Source of the DNA: an uncultured Candidatus Saccharibacteria bacterium
GTDB lineage: Bacteria; Patescibacteriota; Minisyncoccia; Phycocordibacterales; WO2-35-19
Assembly (NCBI GenBank): GCA_964630525.1
Contig: CAZVUY010000001.1
Span: 44,883-108,882 of the forward strand
Direction of reading: 5' to 3'
Length of the DNA stretch: 64,000 bases
In this document: positions 1 through 10,149 of the stretch, in pieces
How positions within the stretch are numbered: the stretch's first letter is position 1
Layout of the letters: each line of letters begins with the position of its first letter
Notes under the pieces: model-generated
What the model was told of the DNA's origin: nothing
Seen by the model: the letters and a program-made list of their open reading frames with translations, nothing else
Databases searched by the model: none
Translations under genes and position numbers: made by a program

Positions 1-538
1 CAGTTTTGGTCACAATATCTTTGTATTGATTGATAATGTTGTTGTGTATAGCCACCAAAAGAATATCTAGTGTTTTTAGTTTATTGCCATTCTTGGTTGG
101 GATTATACTTTCTTCGTTCTCCCTGCGCGGTATTACCGACCAGTCAATCGTCACTTCCGATATTGGTACTGGGATATATTTCCTAGCTTCAATACTGATC
201 ATTGCTCCGAGCTCTTTTTCTGAAACGGCTGGCATCTGAATAACCGAAAGCAAACTGGCCTTGAAAGGAATGGCTAGGCCGCAAGTTTTGGTAGTGATCG
301 CCACCTCTTTTTCGTTCAACAAATCAGTGACAGCTTGAGCCAGCCTTTCACTGTCGAGATTGGTCGATTGGCCGATCGAGACTCCACCATAGGGACCAAG
401 GGATAGTTCGCCGTATGTTTCGAGAATGGCCTTGTCCCCTTTTTTCTTGAGTTGAACTACTTTGATCGAAGAGGATCCAATATCGATCCCGAGCGCACTC
501 GTCTGTTTACTTTTAAAAATGTCGGTTAAAAAACTCAT
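1..538 (-). CDS. pilM: Type IV pilus assembly protein PilM (5' part; runs off the window start)
   Basis: Translated by hand from the ATG at 538: MSFLTDIFKSKQTSALGIDIGSSSIKVVQLKK...ETYGELSL...IEARKYIPVPISEVTIDW. Contains the actin-like GIDIGSSSIKVV motif typical of PilM; absent from the ORF track because it is truncated. Confidence 0.85.
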   Translation of the reverse strand, partial: MSFLTDIFKSKQTSALGIDIGSSSIKVVQLKKKGDKAILETYGELSLGPYGGVSIGQSTNLDSERLAQAVTDLLNEKEVAITTKTCGLAIPFKASLLSVIQMPAVSEKELGAMISIEARKYIPVPISEVTIDWSVIPRRENEESIIPTKNGNKLKTLDILLVAIHNNIINQYKDIVTKT

Positions 539-573
539 TGAATAAAAGACTTAGGAAAGATAAATTATATCAT

Positions 574-1239
574 ATGCAAATGTCCGGCTTGGTCAAAACC
601 TGGGTAAAAAAACTGTTGGGCACAATCCAAGATTTTTTGGTTCCAGAAGGAACCAAAGTAGCCGCCCTGCTACAGCTCCCTGAGCGATCGATGCGCCAAC
701 TCTTACCCCATTCGCCTGTTAAAATGCGGGATGTCTGGGTGCTTTTTGATTATAACAATCGAGCGGTCAGACTGATTGTTAAAAATATAAAATATAAAAA
801 CAATCAAGGTCTACGACACCGAATTGCTTCTTACTGCTATGAGGAGATTATGGAAATGATCTCTGATCTAACATTTTTTGGCGGCAGTGAACCTGTTTTG
901 GTGCCCATGCCGATGAGCAAGAAAGAAAAAAGAGAGCGCGGCTTCAACCAAACCGAAGAAATTTGCCGAGCAATCGAAAATTTTTCGGCCAAAGAAATCG
1001 AGGTCGCCTACAACCTGCTCCACAAAATACGAGAAACGAGCCGACAGACCACTCTCAGCCGGTCTGAACGTCTGCGAAATGTCGGCTTCAGTATGGCAGC
1101 AGACCCTAGATTGGCTCACAACAAAACAATCATCGTCCTTGACGATGTCTACACCACTGGCGCCTCCTTCTCCGAGGCTACCCGGGCACTCAAGTCCGCC
1201 GGCGCCAAAAGGGTGATCGGGCTCTTCATCGCCCACTAA
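574..1239 (+). CDS. comF: ComF family competence protein (phosphoribosyltransferase fold)
   Basis: LVPMP...RGFNQ and IIVLDDVYTTGAS PRPP-binding motifs. Confidence 0.85.
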   Translation: MQMSGLVKTWVKKLLGTIQDFLVPEGTKVAALLQLPERSMRQLLPHSPVKMRDVWVLFDYNNRAVRLIVKNIKYKNNQGLRHRIASYCYEEIMEMISDLTFFGGSEPVLVPMPMSKKEKRERGFNQTEEICRAIENFSAKEIEVAYNLLHKIRETSRQTTLSRSERLRNVGFSMAADPRLAHNKTIIVLDDVYTTGASFSEATRALKSAGAKRVIGLFIAH

Positions 1240-1247
1240 CACTAAAC

Positions 1248-2417
1248 TTACCTGTTACCTTTTGCTCGATTATGAGTCCTACACAACATTTCACAATTCT
1301 TCGCTGAAGTAACACCACCCTTGCTCCATGATGACACATGATCTGCTTCCATTTCGTTAAACTGCCAAATCTTTTCCTTATTCGCATCATGCCCAATGGC
1401 ACAGTGTGGGCAATTTGATTTCTTTTTGGTTTCTGCCTCTTTGGTTTGCTTAGCATAAATAGATCTTTTGGTTGCTTCGTCAAACACTCGAACATCTAGC
1501 AACTTTGTATCTTTAGAGCCACCGAGAATATATTCAAAAATGCCCCTACGATTTTTTATGTATGGATCACCATAAAGCTTATGTACTTCGGTCGATATTT
1601 TAGATGGATTAAACGATTTTTTGTGATATTCCTCATAAAGTCGCCCCCATTCGAGTCCACGCATTTCATTTTCAACGTCGATAAACACACTGGATACCCA
1701 ATCAATGACAGTGTTAAAATATTTCTTCAACTCGTCAATGTTTTTATCCTTACGATGCTTGCTCATGTAATCACCAATGTTTCCTTTGCTTACCCAATCA
1801 AGGGCACACTCCAAAAATTCCTGTCGGTTCGCACTACCAGAAACATACGCACTCCATTTTTGGATATTGGCGTTTTGGCTGTTACTAAATTCTTCTTTGG
1901 CCTTAGTTACAAATGGGCCAGAATACACAGCGTTGAGTAACTCCTGATTATTGAGCGGAACACCTGCAATATTTATTGTCCTAAACCACTCTTTTATTTG
2001 GCTTTCTGTTCCTTCACACTCGTAAATAAGTAGTTTTGTTTCTAAGATTTTGGTCTTTTTATCTCTGGCCATAGCACTAAAATATTGTGGATTCCCATTT
2101 TCATCCAATATGGCAAATTTGTCGGTAATAAATCTGCCCAAGCTTGTAACACGCTGCTGTCCATCAAGTACTTCAAATTCATCAGAACCAACTTTATTAA
2201 AATAGATCAATCCTATCGGATACCCTTTGAGAACTGATTCAATAACAGCCATTTCTCTTTTGCCACCATCAGATGCATAAATATAATTGCGCTGATACTC
2301 AGGTTGAATAGTGAGTTTACCAGATAGACCAAACAACCCCTTTCCTTCTAGTTCGTTGTATTCAAACCCTTCGCAAATATCTTTGACGGTTATGTTGGTT
2401 TTTAGGATTGTTTTCAT
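1248..2417 (-). CDS. DUF262 (GmrS-like) plus C-terminal HNH endonuclease
   Basis: [16 protein letters not shown] and FRTIN DUF262 motifs; C-terminal CPHC...EADH...WSKGG...NCEMLC..HN HNH motif. Confidence 0.85.
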   Translation of the reverse strand: MKTILKTNITVKDICEGFEYNELEGKGLFGLSGKLTIQPEYQRNYIYASDGGKREMAVIESVLKGYPIGLIYFNKVGSDEFEVLDGQQRVTSLGRFITDKFAILDENGNPQYFSAMARDKKTKILETKLLIYECEGTESQIKEWFRTINIAGVPLNNQELLNAVYSGPFVTKAKEEFSNSQNANIQKWSAYVSGSANRQEFLECALDWVSKGNIGDYMSKHRKDKNIDELKKYFNTVIDWVSSVFIDVENEMRGLEWGRLYEEYHKKSFNPSKISTEVHKLYGDPYIKNRRGIFEYILGGSKDTKLLDVRVFDEATKRSIYAKQTKEAETKKKSNCPHCAIGHDANKEKIWQFNEMEADHVSSWSKGGVTSAKNCEMLCRTHNRAKGNR

Positions 2418-2418
2418 A

Positions 2419-3258
2419 TTATTTATTTTTTAATTTTAGTTGTTTGGCATTTTTACCTGTAATAACCTTTTTGCCAGTTTTACTTTCAATATCACGCCTG
2501 GCGTTACCTGCCACACCTCCACCTTCTCGTGCCACTTGTTTGCTTTCATTCAAATCTTTCGGCTCCCGCTTCTGCGAAATTTCAGTTGTAGCAGTTTCTG
2601 CCAACATATTCAGCACCAATTCTAGATTGGTCATATTATCGCGTAAATTTTCTTTTTTTAAATCTTTCAGTTTTTTATATTCCCGAGTTGTCAAACCTGT
2701 CCACGCTTTGGTAATTTCATCTGTAAGAATGGCGAACTCCAAACCTTCTTTTACTCCCCGAGTTTCCCATTCATCAGTCAAAGCTTTCCTGATCTCAATA
2801 CTTTTTAAGCGTTGATTTATCCATTCTTTGCTGTAACCTTTTTGTAAATAAGTTTTCAAAGCTCGATCTATGGCCAATTCCGGATCAGCAGTTTCTTCCA
2901 ACCTCTCATAACCTACTCTTGCCAGCCAAAGTTTGAACGGCTCGGCTTTTGGCGAAGGAACAGACTGGATAATACGTAACGCGGTCTCAGTATCAGCCAT
3001 ATCTGTTTCTCTATTTTTGCCGTCTTCTGCAACAATTTTCAACTGTACGATTTTTTCGTACACTTCGCTTCCTTCATTTTTTAGTTTACTTTTTAAATCT
3101 GACCAATAACGGCGTGGGATTGAGCTTCCTGTTAGGGCTTGGATAATATCAACTACTGAGAAATGCCAAAGCTCTTTTTTTTCATCCCAAACCCGTCGTA
3201 TTCTCTTCCCTTCAAAAACAGTTGGGTGTATATCGTTTTTTGTCTGTCGCTTTTTCAT
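2419..3258 (-). CDS. Bro-N domain (phage antirepressor-like) DNA-binding protein
   Basis: [40 protein letters not shown]. Confidence 0.8.
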   Translation of the reverse strand: MKKRQTKNDIHPTVFEGKRIRRVWDEKKELWHFSVVDIIQALTGSSIPRRYWSDLKSKLKNEGSEVYEKIVQLKIVAEDGKNRETDMADTETALRIIQSVPSPKAEPFKLWLARVGYERLEETADPELAIDRALKTYLQKGYSKEWINQRLKSIEIRKALTDEWETRGVKEGLEFAILTDEITKAWTGLTTREYKKLKDLKKENLRDNMTNLELVLNMLAETATTEISQKREPKDLNESKQVAREGGGVAGNARRDIESKTGKKVITGKNAKQLKLKNK

Positions 3259-3310
3259 ATTTTTTATATTTAGACGTTACGTTATTTAGAACTAAAAGTA
3301 TAATTAATGA

Positions 3311-4990
3311 TTATTCATTTTTAATAATATTCCTTATCACATTTAGAATGTCGTGTATTTCACTCAACCATTGTTTTTGTTCTTTTTTATTTAGTGCCAA
3401 AACATAATCTTTAATACCTTTTTTATTAGGAGATGATATGGTCTTATCTCCTTCCTTCTTTGTTATTTGATATTTAGAAATATCAAACGTATCAGGAACA
3501 GTTAGCAAGTGCTCAATGCCTGTATGGTATTTAGCATCATTAATTTTATTTGGGCAATATATAATGAGATTTTCAATAGTTTTTACCTTTTCACCGCAAT
3601 CGATGTCATAAAAAAGAATTACTTTATACCTTGGATTGTTTATCTTAAGAAATTGTTCCGCTTTTTTTAGCTGACCTTTGCCATTAAACTCAGATTGACC
3701 ATTTATATTTTGACCAATCGACTTAATTTCTGCTGGATAGTCTGTCACATCAAAAACTTCTAGTGTTTTCTTAAGATAAAACTCATCAAACCCACCTTCC
3801 ACAAAAATAACGGGTTTTTTTAATAGCGTTATTTCTTTGTATAATTTTTCTATTTGCTGTTCCTTTATTCTCCATTCTTCAATTAATTCTTTCTGAATTT
3901 CAAGAGCCCCAATTTCATCCGCAAGTCCAATTTTGCATTCATTTTTAAATAAACTCTGGAAGTTCTCAAATTTTGTTTCTCCAAGTATACTTTTATAACA
4001 ACGCAAGATTGAAATGTTGGTATTTTTATTAAAAATAAAAGCAAGAGAATGAGATGTTAGAAACAATTGAGAATTTTTTGCATATGTAGAAAAATACAGA
4101 TCTGCAACCTCTTGTGCTTTTTTAAATTCTAGAGAATTCTCCGGCTCATCAATCCCCCAAACATAAAACTTTTTGGGGTCGTGTTTTTGAATCCATTGTA
4201 ATAATGGTGGTATAAATTTGCTTTTTATTCCATCTCCTCTTAATAAAAGCGGTATTTGAAAAAACTCTTTTTTTAATACATCTCTCCTCCCCTTCTTTGA
4301 CGGATTTATTTGAGTATCTAGCTCAGAAAACTGATCATAAGCTGTATTAATATTAAGCTTTTCCCAAAAATCCCTAACTAAAACCGGCAATTCAAATCTT
4401 GTTTCATTTTTAATAGCTGACTCAGATAATATTTCAACCAAATCTTTTACATTATTATTTACTTGATCATTCAGATTTACAATATCCTGATCACTAATTA
4501 ACTGACTTCTACCTACTTCTCCCAGTATAAATCTCAACACCTCTAGCCCCTTAAGTGCTGGGATATAGTAATATTGAAAATTATTTATCAATCTTGTAAT
4601 TGACGCTTTCTTCTTGGCATCATCATGAGAATAATTTTCAGTAACTCTTCCATATCTATCAAAAACTCGCTCAACCCAGACTTCCTCACTATTTAAAGAT
4701 TTAAATGAGATAGGGGCAGTAAAATAAACCTTAATTTTTACTTGTTGTTTCTTCTTGTTTGACCTTTGAGCCGCCGCTAGAGATATTTTAGAGTAATCAT
4801 TTTCAAAATTATAATCAGTCTCAAAATCAGTTTGCCCCTTAAAAAATAAATTTAATGCCTTCAAAACGTTTGATTTGCCAACATCATTCAATCCTGAAAA
4901 AATATTTATATTCCCAGTATTAATTTGCTCATGTCGAATTGAGCGGAAACTATCAATCTCAATTTTAGTAATCAAATTATTCATACTCAT
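3311..4990 (-). CDS. OLD-family-like ABC ATPase fused to a TOPRIM nuclease domain
   Basis: Walker A GLNDVGKS, Walker B/D-loop IDEPENSL, H-loop TSHS, then TOPRIM-like IFVEG..D and YDID; very AT-rich. Confidence 0.75.
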   Translation of the reverse strand: MSMNNLITKIEIDSFRSIRHEQINTGNINIFSGLNDVGKSNVLKALNLFFKGQTDFETDYNFENDYSKISLAAAQRSNKKKQQVKIKVYFTAPISFKSLNSEEVWVERVFDRYGRVTENYSHDDAKKKASITRLINNFQYYYIPALKGLEVLRFILGEVGRSQLISDQDIVNLNDQVNNNVKDLVEILSESAIKNETRFELPVLVRDFWEKLNINTAYDQFSELDTQINPSKKGRRDVLKKEFFQIPLLLRGDGIKSKFIPPLLQWIQKHDPKKFYVWGIDEPENSLEFKKAQEVADLYFSTYAKNSQLFLTSHSLAFIFNKNTNISILRCYKSILGETKFENFQSLFKNECKIGLADEIGALEIQKELIEEWRIKEQQIEKLYKEITLLKKPVIFVEGGFDEFYLKKTLEVFDVTDYPAEIKSIGQNINGQSEFNGKGQLKKAEQFLKINNPRYKVILFYDIDCGEKVKTIENLIIYCPNKINDAKYHTGIEHLLTVPDTFDISKYQITKKEGDKTISSPNKKGIKDYVLALNKKEQKQWLSEIHDILNVIRNIIKNE

Positions 4991-5015
4991 TTCCGAAAAT
5001 TAATTTCTCTAATTT

Positions 5016-6233
5016 TTATTCTTTCTTGTGCCTTATAAAAATTCTTTGGTAAGCAGACTGGATTATTCTTCCGTTTTTATTTATAAAATAATTCTTTTTT
5101 CCATCATTTCGAACTAAATTAGCATTTTCATTTGTCTTTCCACCAGATGATCCCGTCTTACTACCATCCTGTCTTACTTCCCAGTAATCATCATATTTTT
5201 TTGTATCTGGAACACCATCGTGACAACCTCTTTGGGTAGCTCCTAAAATTTCGAATTGATCAGGATTATATTTATCTAAGAAACTGATGGGGACACCCAT
5301 AACACCTTTATAATCACCAGGAATTGAGTCGGTAAAAGGGACTTCAATTGCGTCGTAATTATCATATTTTTCGTATGCTTTCTTACCTTTGATTTCTTTG
5401 TGTTTGCTGTATTTCAAATTTTCCTCCATCGTCATTTGTTTGAGCGGCTGATGACGACGACCATGGTCAAGATTGGTAAACCAACAAACGTTCCTAAATT
5501 TCACTAAGCCTGTTTTTTCATCATAAACCCCCGAGGCAAATTCGCGCGTATTTGGAGTGAAAAAATAGGCGTTGCCGGCATGAAAACCGTTCCCAAGCCA
5601 CATTTTATTTTCTTTTATTAGTGGAAAAATTTCTTTGTAGGTAATAGCATTCATATTGCCGATAATTACAAATTTTTTATTGTAATCAAAAAGCTGTTTA
5701 ACATATTCACGAAACAAAGAAAATGGCGGATTGGTTACTACGATATCGGATTGCTTTAGTAAAGCTATACATTCCTCACTCCGAAAATCCCCGTCGCCCT
5801 CAAGTGGTGCCCATTCGTTGTTTTTGTTTGTCTTCAACTGTTTAGCGATGTCTTGTAGGTTGAATTCCCCATTTTCATCTGTATCCCGAACCTCGTTGAT
5901 AATAAATTTGTTAGCGGTTACCTTTGGACGGCCTTTTGCTTTTTCAAGTGTTTTATCATCACCAAATAGCCCAAGTTGTGTATTAGCAACAGGCGAAGGT
6001 TTATAGCTTGTCGTGATGAGCTGTTTTAATCCAAGCTTGTTGAAATTGAGTACAAAATAGCGAAAAAAATTACTCTCAAACGGGTCGTCGCAATTACAAT
6101 AAATGATCTTGCCTCGAAATACATTTTTATCATAATCTAAGTATGCTCCGATCTCTTTCTGGATATCGCCATATTGAGTATAAAACTCGTCATTTTTGGC
6201 CCTCTTGGCGTTAGTAAGATTATTATTTGGCAT
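5016..6233 (-). CDS. Adenine-specific DNA methyltransferase, EcoRI family
   Basis: KNDEFYT, YCNCDDP, GDFRS.EC, VVTNPPFSLFREY, MGVPISFLDKYNP. Confidence 0.9.
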   Translation of the reverse strand: MPNNNLTNAKRAKNDEFYTQYGDIQKEIGAYLDYDKNVFRGKIIYCNCDDPFESNFFRYFVLNFNKLGLKQLITTSYKPSPVANTQLGLFGDDKTLEKAKGRPKVTANKFIINEVRDTDENGEFNLQDIAKQLKTNKNNEWAPLEGDGDFRSEECIALLKQSDIVVTNPPFSLFREYVKQLFDYNKKFVIIGNMNAITYKEIFPLIKENKMWLGNGFHAGNAYFFTPNTREFASGVYDEKTGLVKFRNVCWFTNLDHGRRHQPLKQMTMEENLKYSKHKEIKGKKAYEKYDNYDAIEVPFTDSIPGDYKGVMGVPISFLDKYNPDQFEILGATQRGCHDGVPDTKKYDDYWEVRQDGSKTGSSGGKTNENANLVRNDGKKNYFINKNGRIIQSAYQRIFIRHKKE

Positions 6234-6333
6234 AAACTATACCAAAAACCCTACCACATTTAGGGCTAAAAATGAAGATAGATTTTGTCTTCCCTCTCAT
6301 TAAAAAAGAAAGGGATTGATGAGGTCTGAAAAA

Positions 6334-6870
6334 TTAGGATTTTTTGAACGGCAAATCGAGATGTTTGAGGAACTCGAGAGTGGCTTGCGGAGTCCTCTGG
6401 TTGGTGACGATGGTCACCGCGAAACCAAAAACATCTTTCAGATCTTCATCAGCAGTTTCTGGAAAAACTGTGTGTTCCTTGATGCCGAGAGTGTAGTTGC
6501 CCATCTCATCAACAGCCGAAAGCGAAATGCCTCGAAAGTCTTTGGTACGTGGCAGAGCAATATTGAAAAGTCGCTCGAGGAAAGACCACATCTTTTCGCC
6601 GCGCAATGTTATCTGGACACCCACCACATCCCCTTCTCTTGATTTAAAAGTAGCGATCGATTTCTTGGCGGCTCGTTTGATAGGACGCTGACCAGTGATC
6701 TTGGCCAGACGATCAACGACAATATCGATTTTCTTTTTATCATTAAAAGAACCAACTCCGGAGCTGACTACTACCTTCAAAATCTTTGGAGCCTGCATCA
6801 CGTTTTTCAAACTCAATTTGTCTTTGAGCTGCTTGAAAGATTCTTTTGTTTTTTCTTTGATCGATTTCAT
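6334..6870 (-). CDS. rplE: 50S ribosomal protein L5
   Basis: ITGQRP, KKSIATFK.REG, LPRTKDFRG, GNYTLGIKEH; ATG chosen at 6870. Confidence 0.97.
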   Translation of the reverse strand: MKSIKEKTKESFKQLKDKLSLKNVMQAPKILKVVVSSGVGSFNDKKKIDIVVDRLAKITGQRPIKRAAKKSIATFKSREGDVVGVQITLRGEKMWSFLERLFNIALPRTKDFRGISLSAVDEMGNYTLGIKEHTVFPETADEDLKDVFGFAVTIVTNQRTPQATLEFLKHLDLPFKKS

Positions 6871-6880
6871 ATTTTTATGC

Positions 6881-6968
6881 GACACCAATTTTACGAATTC
6901 ATGCGAATGATACGAATATTTTTCTGGTCTTAATTTGTGTCATTCGTGCACATTAGTGGATTAGTGTC
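6881..6968. mobile_element. MITE-like element: two inverted GACAC...CGAAT ends around a 15-nt spacer (empty version of the GxxExxY element)
   Basis: 6881-6917 and 6933-6968 are inverted relative to each other and match the ends of the GxxExxY element at 23101-23522. Confidence 0.7.
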
Positions 6969-7185
6969 ACGTTACTTTTTTAACATTTGAAACATGGATC
7001 GGGGCGGCTTGCTCGACCACTTTTCCTTTCTCGTTCTGCTTCCTCGCTCGTCGGTGAACCTTCTTCATATTCACGCCGTCGATCAAAACTTTCTCAAGTT
7101 TTGGGAAAGCCTTCACCACCTGGCCTGATTTGCCTTTGTCCTTGCCGGTTAAAACTGTTACTTTGTCTCCTTTTTTGATTTTCAT
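6967..7185 (-). CDS. rplX: 50S ribosomal protein L24 (short form)
   Basis: KIKKGDKV.VLTGKDKGK.G KOW motif; APIHVSNV. Confidence 0.96.
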   Translation of the reverse strand: MKIKKGDKVTVLTGKDKGKSGQVVKAFPKLEKVLIDGVNMKKVHRRARKQNEKGKVVEQAAPIHVSNVKKVT

Positions 7186-7216
7186 TTTGGTATTTTAATC
7201 GTGTATTTGTGTCGCA

Positions 7217-7594
7217 CTAAATGACTTCTGGAGCCAAAGACACTATCGCCTGGTGCCCCAATTCAGCTATCTCTCTTGGGATCGGACCAAAAATACGTCC
7301 AGCCTTTGGGACTATCTCCCCTTTCTTCTGCTCGACCACCACCACGGCGTTTTCATCGAAACGGATATAAGAACCATCTTTGCGACGAAGTGGCGCCTTC
7401 TGGCGAACTACCAAACCAAGAAGTACCGCCTTCTTCTTGACGTCTTTTCTTGGTTCGGCCTTCTGAACAGAGAGAACTACCAATTCACCGATCCGAGCGT
7501 AACGCTTTTTTGAACTACCAAGCACCTTAAAAATACGGCCGATCTTGGCGCCTGAGTTGTCTGCTATTTTGACTATGCTTCGTGGCTGAATCAT
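7217..7594 (-). CDS. rplN: 50S ribosomal protein L14
   Basis: MIQ...ADNSGAK, RRKDGSYIRFDENA, RIFGPI.RE, SLAPEV. Confidence 0.98.
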   Translation of the reverse strand: MIQPRSIVKIADNSGAKIGRIFKVLGSSKKRYARIGELVVLSVQKAEPRKDVKKKAVLLGLVVRQKAPLRRKDGSYIRFDENAVVVVEQKKGEIVPKAGRIFGPIPREIAELGHQAIVSLAPEVI

Positions 7595-7601
7595 GGTGGT
7601 T

Positions 7602-7637
7602 GATTGAAAGATTTAATGATTTAAAGATTGAAAGATT
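7602..7637. repeat. Octamer tandem array (GATTGAAA/GATTTAAA)x4.5
   Basis: GATTGAAA GATTTAAT GATTTAAA GATTGAAA GATT, read directly, upstream of rplN. Confidence 0.8.
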
Positions 7638-7665
7638 TTTTCATAATTTTTCAATTTTCAATTTT

Positions 7666-7929
7666 TTAATTTTGAATTAATATGAAATGCTTATCTTTTG
7701 AAATTGGTCGGCATTCTCTGATAATGACTTGCTCACCGATTTTTTTGGTATTGCCTAGATCGTGAGCCTTGTATTTCTTGCTCACCTTGTGATACTTCTT
7801 GTATTTGGTGTGCTTCACAAAACGGTTTACCAAAACCACAATTGTATCTTTCATCTTGTCGGAGAGAACTACTCCTTTGAGAGTCTTTCCTTTGATTTCG
7901 TTATTCGGTTTTGCTGTTTTTTTATTCAT
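7666..7929 (-). CDS. rpsQ: 30S ribosomal protein S17
   Basis: GVVLSDKMKDTIVV, KYKAHD, ECRPISKDK. Confidence 0.97.
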   Translation of the reverse strand: MNKKTAKPNNEIKGKTLKGVVLSDKMKDTIVVLVNRFVKHTKYKKYHKVSKKYKAHDLGNTKKIGEQVIIRECRPISKDKHFILIQN

Positions 7930-8113
7930 TGTTTAATTTCTGGTTTAAAACGGTCTTGAGCCTAGCGATCTCTCGCTTAAGATTGGCAGCTTGTTTGACG
8001 TTTTTGTTGGCACTGCCGGCTGACCCAAAGCGCAGATCACGAAGAGCGACTCGCTTTTCGGCAATCTCTTTTTCCAAGTCAGCTGGATTCTTTTTTAATA
8101 ATTCTTTGTTCAT
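7922..8113 (-). CDS. rpmC: 50S ribosomal protein L29
   Basis: LRF...KREIARLKTV; lies between rplP and rpsQ. Confidence 0.93.
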   Translation of the reverse strand: MNKELLKKNPADLEKEIAEKRVALRDLRFGSAGSANKNVKQAANLKREIARLKTVLNQKLNNE

Positions 8114-8124
8114 CGTTGGTTGTA

Positions 8125-8544
8125 TTAAATGCGAGCGACCACCTTAGCCTTCACTGGCATCTTGGTGCCTCCTTTGCGCAACGACTCTGCTGCTACCGCC
8201 GGTGTTACGCCGTCGACTTCAAACATGACCTGACCCGGCAATACTCGGGCGCAATAACCCTCGATATCACCCTTGCCTTTACCCATTTTTACCTCCGCCG
8301 GTTTTTTGGTGAAAGGCATGTCTGGGAAAATACGGATCCACATTCGACCCGTCTTGCCAAGAGCTTTGGTAATAGCTTTTCTGGCTGATTCGATCTGGTT
8401 GGAAGTGACTCTGCCCGGAGTAATAGCTTTCAAGCCAAAAGAACCGAAGGCTACCGAAACACCCCGAGTCGCCGGACTCACCCGTGCCGGGTTGCGACGC
8501 AGGGTTTGCCATTTTCGATATTTTACTTTTTTAGGAAATAGCAT
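8125..8544 (-). CDS. rplP: 50S ribosomal protein L16
   Basis: MLFPKKVKYRK, QIESAR, WIRIFPD, MGKGKG. Confidence 0.98.
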   Translation of the reverse strand: MLFPKKVKYRKWQTLRRNPARVSPATRGVSVAFGSFGLKAITPGRVTSNQIESARKAITKALGKTGRMWIRIFPDMPFTKKPAEVKMGKGKGDIEGYCARVLPGQVMFEVDGVTPAVAAESLRKGGTKMPVKAKVVARI

Positions 8545-8560
8545 GGTAGTAAGTTAAATA

Positions 8561-9223
8561 TTATTTGGCCTTGTTAAAAATATCACCCTTGTAGATCCAA
8601 ACCTTTATACCAATCTTACCAAGTGGCAAAATAGCCTCATAAAAAGCATAATCGATGTCAGCTCTCAAGGTCTGGAGTGGGATTCGGCCCAATTTCTTGG
8701 TCTCTACTCGCGCCATGTTTGAACCACCCATGATACCAGAGAGGGTGATTTTCACTCCTTTCACATCGCGGTTAGCGTAAGCCTTCTCGATCATTTGTTT
8801 GACCACCCTTCTGAAGGCTAGCCTTTTCTCCAAACCTTCAGCGATCATCTGAGCAATGATCATGGCACTAGATTCTGGTGACTTGACCTCTTTGATGTCG
8901 ATCTTGAGATCTTCTTTGACACTCAAACTATTTTTCTTCATAAACCGGACAATATCATCACGAAGCTTGGTCATACCTTCACCACTGCGGCCAATGATCA
9001 TGCCTGGTCGTGAGCTCTCAATCAAAATCCTGAAAGTTTTGGCGTTGCGCTCCATTTCAATCGAGTTAACGAAAGAACCCTTCAGTCTTTTCTTCAAATA
9101 TTCGTGAATCAAAACGTCTCCCTTCAAATTTTCTTTGTATTTATACTTCACACCAAACCAGCGCGATTTCCAATCGCGGATGATCCCTAGTCTATGTGCA
9201 TATGGATGAACGGTGTGAGTCAT
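8561..9223 (-). CDS. rpsC: 30S ribosomal protein S3
   Basis: HPY..RLGII.DWKSRW, RPGMIIGRSG, GRIPLQTLRADIDY, GIKVWIYKG. Confidence 0.98.
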   Translation of the reverse strand: MTHTVHPYAHRLGIIRDWKSRWFGVKYKYKENLKGDVLIHEYLKKRLKGSFVNSIEMERNAKTFRILIESSRPGMIIGRSGEGMTKLRDDIVRFMKKNSLSVKEDLKIDIKEVKSPESSAMIIAQMIAEGLEKRLAFRRVVKQMIEKAYANRDVKGVKITLSGIMGGSNMARVETKKLGRIPLQTLRADIDYAFYEAILPLGKIGIKVWIYKGDIFNKAK

Positions 9224-9236
9224 GGTAATTTAAAAA

Positions 9237-9614
9237 TTATTGTTTGCTTTTGTTTTTAGTTTTTCGCTTTTCATTTTTCGCTTCTTGTTCCAGCAGGACA
9301 ATCTTGACGTGAGAAGTGCGCTTGCGGATTGGGTGAGCGGCTCCATGAGCGACCGGCATCCTTCGATACAAAATCTTGCCCGCATCGACAGTCAAAGATT
9401 TGACCAAAAGGTTATCGGTATCCAAACCAATATTTTTGGCATTAGCGATAGCTGAATTTAAAAGTTTGTGCAAAGGAGTCACCGCTCTCTTGGTAATAAA
9501 CTCAAGCCTATTTTTGGCCTCAGCGACTGATTTGCCCTTGATAGCCGTAGCCACCAAGCGCACCTTGCGCGGCGACTGACGATAATCATTGAGTTGTGCG
9601 GTTACTGTGTTCAT
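9237..9614 (-). CDS. rplV: 50S ribosomal protein L22
   Basis: RQSPRKVRLVA, LLNSAIANA, IRKRTSHV. Confidence 0.97.
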   Translation of the reverse strand: MNTVTAQLNDYRQSPRKVRLVATAIKGKSVAEAKNRLEFITKRAVTPLHKLLNSAIANAKNIGLDTDNLLVKSLTVDAGKILYRRMPVAHGAAHPIRKRTSHVKIVLLEQEAKNEKRKTKNKSKQ

Positions 9615-9621
9615 ATTTTAT

Positions 9622-9657
9622 ATTCGTGCCATTCGTACTAATTCGTGTATTGGTGTC
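9622..9657 (-). repeat. Solo GxxExxY-type end repeat
   Basis: ATTCGTGCCATTCGTACTAATTCGTGTATTGGTGTC, 3 nt after the rpsS stop. Confidence 0.8.
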
Positions 9658-9660
9658 GGG

Positions 9661-10005
9661 TTATTTTTTGGCACCCTCTGCCGCTGATTTGGCACTCTTA
9701 GCGGCTGCGATTTCGGCCTCCTTCTTCTTAGCCTCAAGATCTTTCTGCATCTTACCACCGTGCTTGATAAATTTGCGAGTCAATGAAAATTCGCCGAGAC
9801 GATGACCGACCATATCCTCAGAAACCAGGACTTCTATGTGGTCTTTGCCGTTGTGGACACCAAAAGTGAAACCGACCATTTCTGGAGCGATCACACAAGC
9901 TCTCGACCACGTCTTAATAACCCCAGTCTCATGAGGTTTTTTGCCTTCTACTTTTTTGAGGACCCTTTCGTCAACGTAAGGGCCTTTTTTGAGTGACCTA
10001 GACAT
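9661..10005 (-). CDS. rpsS: 30S ribosomal protein S19
   Basis: [34 protein letters not shown]. Confidence 0.98.
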   Translation of the reverse strand: MSRSLKKGPYVDERVLKKVEGKKPHETGVIKTWSRACVIAPEMVGFTFGVHNGKDHIEVLVSEDMVGHRLGEFSLTRKFIKHGGKMQKDLEAKKKEAEIAAAKSAKSAAEGAKK

Positions 10006-10149
10006 GAATTATTGAAAATTTCTCCCCCACTAAGGACCATAAGGTTTAATGGAGCAAATTAAAAGCCCAAGAATCGAGCTTGGACTACATACTATCAGAT
10101 AACCTTCCATTGTCAAACCCCTATCCCAATGAGGGCGCTTCAAGCTTGA

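Noticed and set aside
2419-3258. Prophage suggested by the Bro-N antirepressor-like gene
   Set aside because: No phage structural, replication or integrase genes nearby; the context is a defence island
5016-6233. Claiming GAATTC specificity or site avoidance for the MTase
   Set aside because: Family membership does not fix specificity; GAATTC occurs several times in the window and I cannot compute its expected frequency reliably
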